64,000 bases of DNA from an uncultured cyanobacterium (GTDB lineage: Bacteria > Cyanobacteriota > Cyanobacteriia > Phormidesmidales > Phormidesmidaceae): positions 864,001-928,000 of the forward strand of contig CAWBZI010000001.1 in NCBI GenBank assembly GCA_963793265.1, given 5' to 3'. A program made the position numbers and the translations under genes. Each line of letters starts with the position of its first letter. The first letter of the stretch is position 1. Shown here piece after piece: positions 61,158 through 64,000 of this stretch. The notes beneath the pieces were generated by a model. It saw only the letters and a program-made list of their open reading frames with translations. It was not told the origin of the DNA and did not search any database.

Positions 61158-63050
61158 ATGGTTTATTCTCCACCTAAACATAGTCAAATAACGACACCTA
61201 AAAGTGTCGATACACATACGAACGAAACGCAGGGCACCCAGTTTTCTACGCTGGTAGAGCTACTTCAATATCGAGCAAAAACGCAGCCAAATGATTTGGC
61301 CTATCAGTTTTTGGTTGACGGTAAGAAAGCAGGTGCGGCTTACACCTATGCAGAATTAGATGAGCAGGCACGGGCGATCGCAGCCCTCCTCCAGCAGCAA
61401 AACGCCAAAGGCGATCGCGCCCTCCTCCTCTACCCACAGGGCATAGAAGTCGTCGCGGCCTTTTGCGGCTGTCTCTATGCAGGCGTCATCGCCATCCCCG
61501 TGCCGCCCCCCGATGCAGGCCGCATGAAGCGCACCCTTCCCCGCCTGCGCGAAATCATCAAAGATGCTAAAGCCACCATCGTTCTTAGCAACGACCGCAT
61601 CATTGAGCTGATTAAAGGCTCTGACGTTGAACTTCCTGAAGGGGATAACAAACTCGACAATATGCACTGGATCGACACCGAAGCAGTCGATCTGTCGCTA
61701 GCGCAGGAGTGGAAAGATCCTGAAGTCAATAAAGACGTATTAGCCTATCTGCAATACACATCAGGCTCTACCTCAACGCCCAAAGGCGTGATGCTCAGCC
61801 ACTACAACCTGCTGCACCACTCCGACTACCTGAAACGTGGCTGCGGCTACAAGTCTGATGGCCCCACCGTCACCTGGATGCCTTACTTCCACGATTACGG
61901 CCTCGTCGAAGGACTTATGCAGCCGCTTTACAACGGCGCGCCCTGCTACATCATGGCTCCGCTGGCCTTTGTAAAAAGACCTTTACGCTGGCTGCAAGCA
62001 ATTCAAAAGTACGGTGCAACCCATAGCCAGGCTCCCAACTTTGCCTATGAGCTGTGCATAAAGCGAATCAAACCCGCTAAGCGTGAAGGGCTAAACCTCA
62101 GCGGTTGGCTCAGCGCCGGAAATGCCGCCGAGCCGATCAACCCTCGGGTCATGCGCGAATTTCATGAGGCTTTTGCTGACTACGGGTTTAAGTGGGAGAG
62201 CTTTTCGCCCGCCTACGGATTAGCGGAAGCAACGCTGCTGGTTTCTTCTACGCCTGTCGGAGAAGCGCCCGTCATTCTGTCTTTAGAAGCAAGCGAACTT
62301 GAGAAAGGTCGAATTGCGTTAGCCGGGCCTGAGTCTAGCTACATTCGCGAAGCTGTGAGCTGTGGCGCTTTGGTCTGTGAAACTGAGGTTGCCATTGTCA
62401 ATCCTGATGCGCTGACGCGATGCGCTGACGATGAGGTCGGTGAGATTTGGGTGAATGACCCTGGTGTAGCGCATGGTTACTGGCAGCGGCCTACAGCAAC
62501 TAGAGAAACGTTTGAGGCTCAGATTGCTGATGAAGGCGCGACTCGCTACCTGCGTACGGGCGACCTGGGCTTTATTAAAGACGGCAACTTGTATATTACA
62601 GGCCGCATTAAAGACTTAATTATTATTCGCGGCACAAATCACTATCCCCAAGATATTGAGTGGACGGTGCAGCAGGCTGATGCAGCAATGCGGCCTGACT
62701 ATGGCGCTTGTTTTTCGATTATTGAGGATGGGGAGGAGCGGCTGGTCGTGGTGCAGGAGGTGGAGCGATCGCTACAAAAAACCCTCAATGCCGAAAACAC
62801 CATCACCGAAATTCGCCAGGCAATCTCCGAAGCCCATGAGCTTCAGGTATACGCTGTGGCCCTCGTAAAGTCCGGTAACGTGCTCAAAACCTCCAGCGGC
62901 AAAATTCAGCGCCGCAAATGTAAGGCCAGCTTTTTAGCAGGCGAACTAGAGGTAGTTGCCGACTGGAGTGAGAACCCGAGCCTGACCGCCAAGGTTCGGA
63001 ACTTGACTCACGAAGTCGAGTCATTAGCGCAAACGTTAGCAAGTAAATAG
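61158..63050 (+). CDS. Stand-alone fatty acyl-AMP ligase (FAAL)
   Basis: LQYTSGSTSTPKGV, WMPYFHDYGL, AYGLAEATL followed by FAAL-type insertion, RTGDLGF, NHYPQDIE, KTSSGKIQR. Confidence 0.9.
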   Translation: MVYSPPKHSQITTPKSVDTHTNETQGTQFSTLVELLQYRAKTQPNDLAYQFLVDGKKAGAAYTYAELDEQARAIAALLQQQNAKGDRALLLYPQGIEVVAAFCGCLYAGVIAIPVPPPDAGRMKRTLPRLREIIKDAKATIVLSNDRIIELIKGSDVELPEGDNKLDNMHWIDTEAVDLSLAQEWKDPEVNKDVLAYLQYTSGSTSTPKGVMLSHYNLLHHSDYLKRGCGYKSDGPTVTWMPYFHDYGLVEGLMQPLYNGAPCYIMAPLAFVKRPLRWLQAIQKYGATHSQAPNFAYELCIKRIKPAKREGLNLSGWLSAGNAAEPINPRVMREFHEAFADYGFKWESFSPAYGLAEATLLVSSTPVGEAPVILSLEASELEKGRIALAGPESSYIREAVSCGALVCETEVAIVNPDALTRCADDEVGEIWVNDPGVAHGYWQRPTATRETFEAQIADEGATRYLRTGDLGFIKDGNLYITGRIKDLIIIRGTNHYPQDIEWTVQQADAAMRPDYGACFSIIEDGEERLVVVQEVERSLQKTLNAENTITEIRQAISEAHELQVYAVALVKSGNVLKTSSGKIQRRKCKASFLAGELEVVADWSENPSLTAKVRNLTHEVESLAQTLASK

Positions 63051-63063
63051 GAGGGATACAGCC

Positions 63064-64000
63064 ATGACGCTTAAGCAATATCAGCTCGCAGAACAGCTAG
63101 AAGCGGCCTTGGGCAATCCCCATCAGCCCGACAGCCTCATGTCCTTTCAGCACACCGCTGAACTAGACGAAGCCGAGCAGTTTCCTCACGACGAAATCGC
63201 CTGGCTCTACAACTGGGGCCTGCAAAACTACTACATCCCCACCGAATGCGGCGGCAAATTCACCTCCTTTGAAGAGTTCGTCGCCTTTGTCCGCGTCCTC
63301 GCCCGCCGCGACCTCAACATCTCCATCGCCTTTACCACGCTGTTCTGGTCATTCCTCACCTGGATGGCAGGTACCGACGAGCAAAAAGAAAAGCTCTCAA
63401 GCCTGATGCGCGAAGACCACACGGCCATGTGTTTGGCCTATTCGGAGCGCGAACACGGCAGCGACTTAGTAGGCGGCGGTGTAACAGCAACTAAAGTTGA
63501 CGGCGGCTACTTACTCAACGGCGAAAAGTGGCCCATCAACCGCGCCACCATTTCAGGCGTTACCTTCGTGCTCGCGCGCACCGATCCCAAAGGCGGCAAT
63601 CGCGGCCTTTCCTTATTCATGGTGGAGAAGAAGGATCTCAACCCCAGCCAGGTTTACAATCTGCCAAAAATTAAAACCCACGGCATCAAAGCAGCAGACA
63701 TGAGCGGCATCGGCTTTAGCGACTGCTTTGTGCCTGAGAGTATGCTGCTTGGTAAAGAAGGGCATGGCCTAGAGCTAGGGCTTAAGGGATTCCAAATTAC
63801 ACGGGCGCTTTGCGCGGCCTTCTCTCAAGGCGCAGCGGATACCTGCTTGCGTACCACGCTTAACTTCGCTGTGAACCGCAGGCTCTACGACAAAACCGTC
63901 ATCGACATGCCCCACGCGCGGCGCACTCTGTCGAATGCCTTCTTAGATATTCTCATTTGCGATTGCGTCAATATTGGCGCGGCTAGAGGCTTTCACGTCG
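63064..64000 (+). CDS. Acyl-CoA/acyl-ACP dehydrogenase, 3' end outside window
   Basis: Hand translation MTLKQYQLAEQLEAALGNP...YYIPTECGG...LAYSEREHGSDL...YLLNGEKWPINRA; RBS GGAGG; absent from ORF track because no stop is reached in the window. Confidence 0.88.
   Translation, partial: MTLKQYQLAEQLEAALGNPHQPDSLMSFQHTAELDEAEQFPHDEIAWLYNWGLQNYYIPTECGGKFTSFEEFVAFVRVLARRDLNISIAFTTLFWSFLTWMAGTDEQKEKLSSLMREDHTAMCLAYSEREHGSDLVGGGVTATKVDGGYLLNGEKWPINRATISGVTFVLARTDPKGGNRGLSLFMVEKKDLNPSQVYNLPKIKTHGIKAADMSGIGFSDCFVPESMLLGKEGHGLELGLKGFQITRALCAAFSQGAADTCLRTTLNFAVNRRLYDKTVIDMPHARRTLSNAFLDILICDCVNIGAARGFHV

Noticed and set aside
63231..63703. Short ORFs 63231-63428 (-) and 63497-63703 (+)
   Set aside because: Shadows of the acyl-CoA dehydrogenase frame starting at 63064

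Overview
Cyanobacterial chromosomal window (HIP1 GCGATCGC-rich; Leptolyngbyaceae/Nodosilineales-like by gene content, inference). In order: 5'-truncated CyaC-type adenylate cyclase, a divergent TonB-like gene and tRNA-Gly(TCC). Next is a ~23 kb AT-richer surface-glycan locus: wzc and wza face away from a PTPA-CTERM substrate, an HpsJ-like protein, a cyanoexosortase, a HepA/PglK-like ABC exporter, nine glycosyltransferases, two sulfotransferases, an O-acyltransferase and a Wzy-like polymerase. Then housekeeping genes (putP-like, photolyase, NUDIX, folK, trx, fabG, hemH, rhomboid, hrcA, LysR), psaI/psbEFLJ/ycf48/rubA/ndhCKJ, two Ser/Thr-kinase modules (one facing a frameshifted FHA-FHA-ABC gene), two type II TA pairs, a PEP-CTERM protein with glycosyltransferases, and the start of a PPTase/FAAL/acyl-CoA dehydrogenase cluster running off the right edge. 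Most notable: the exosortase plus sulfated-glycan locus with a tyrosine-less Wzc, a G-rich to C-rich composition flip centred on HIP1 sites, and a kinase-SH3b / D,D-peptidase / FHA-ABC module. All family calls come from motif recognition; no searches were run.
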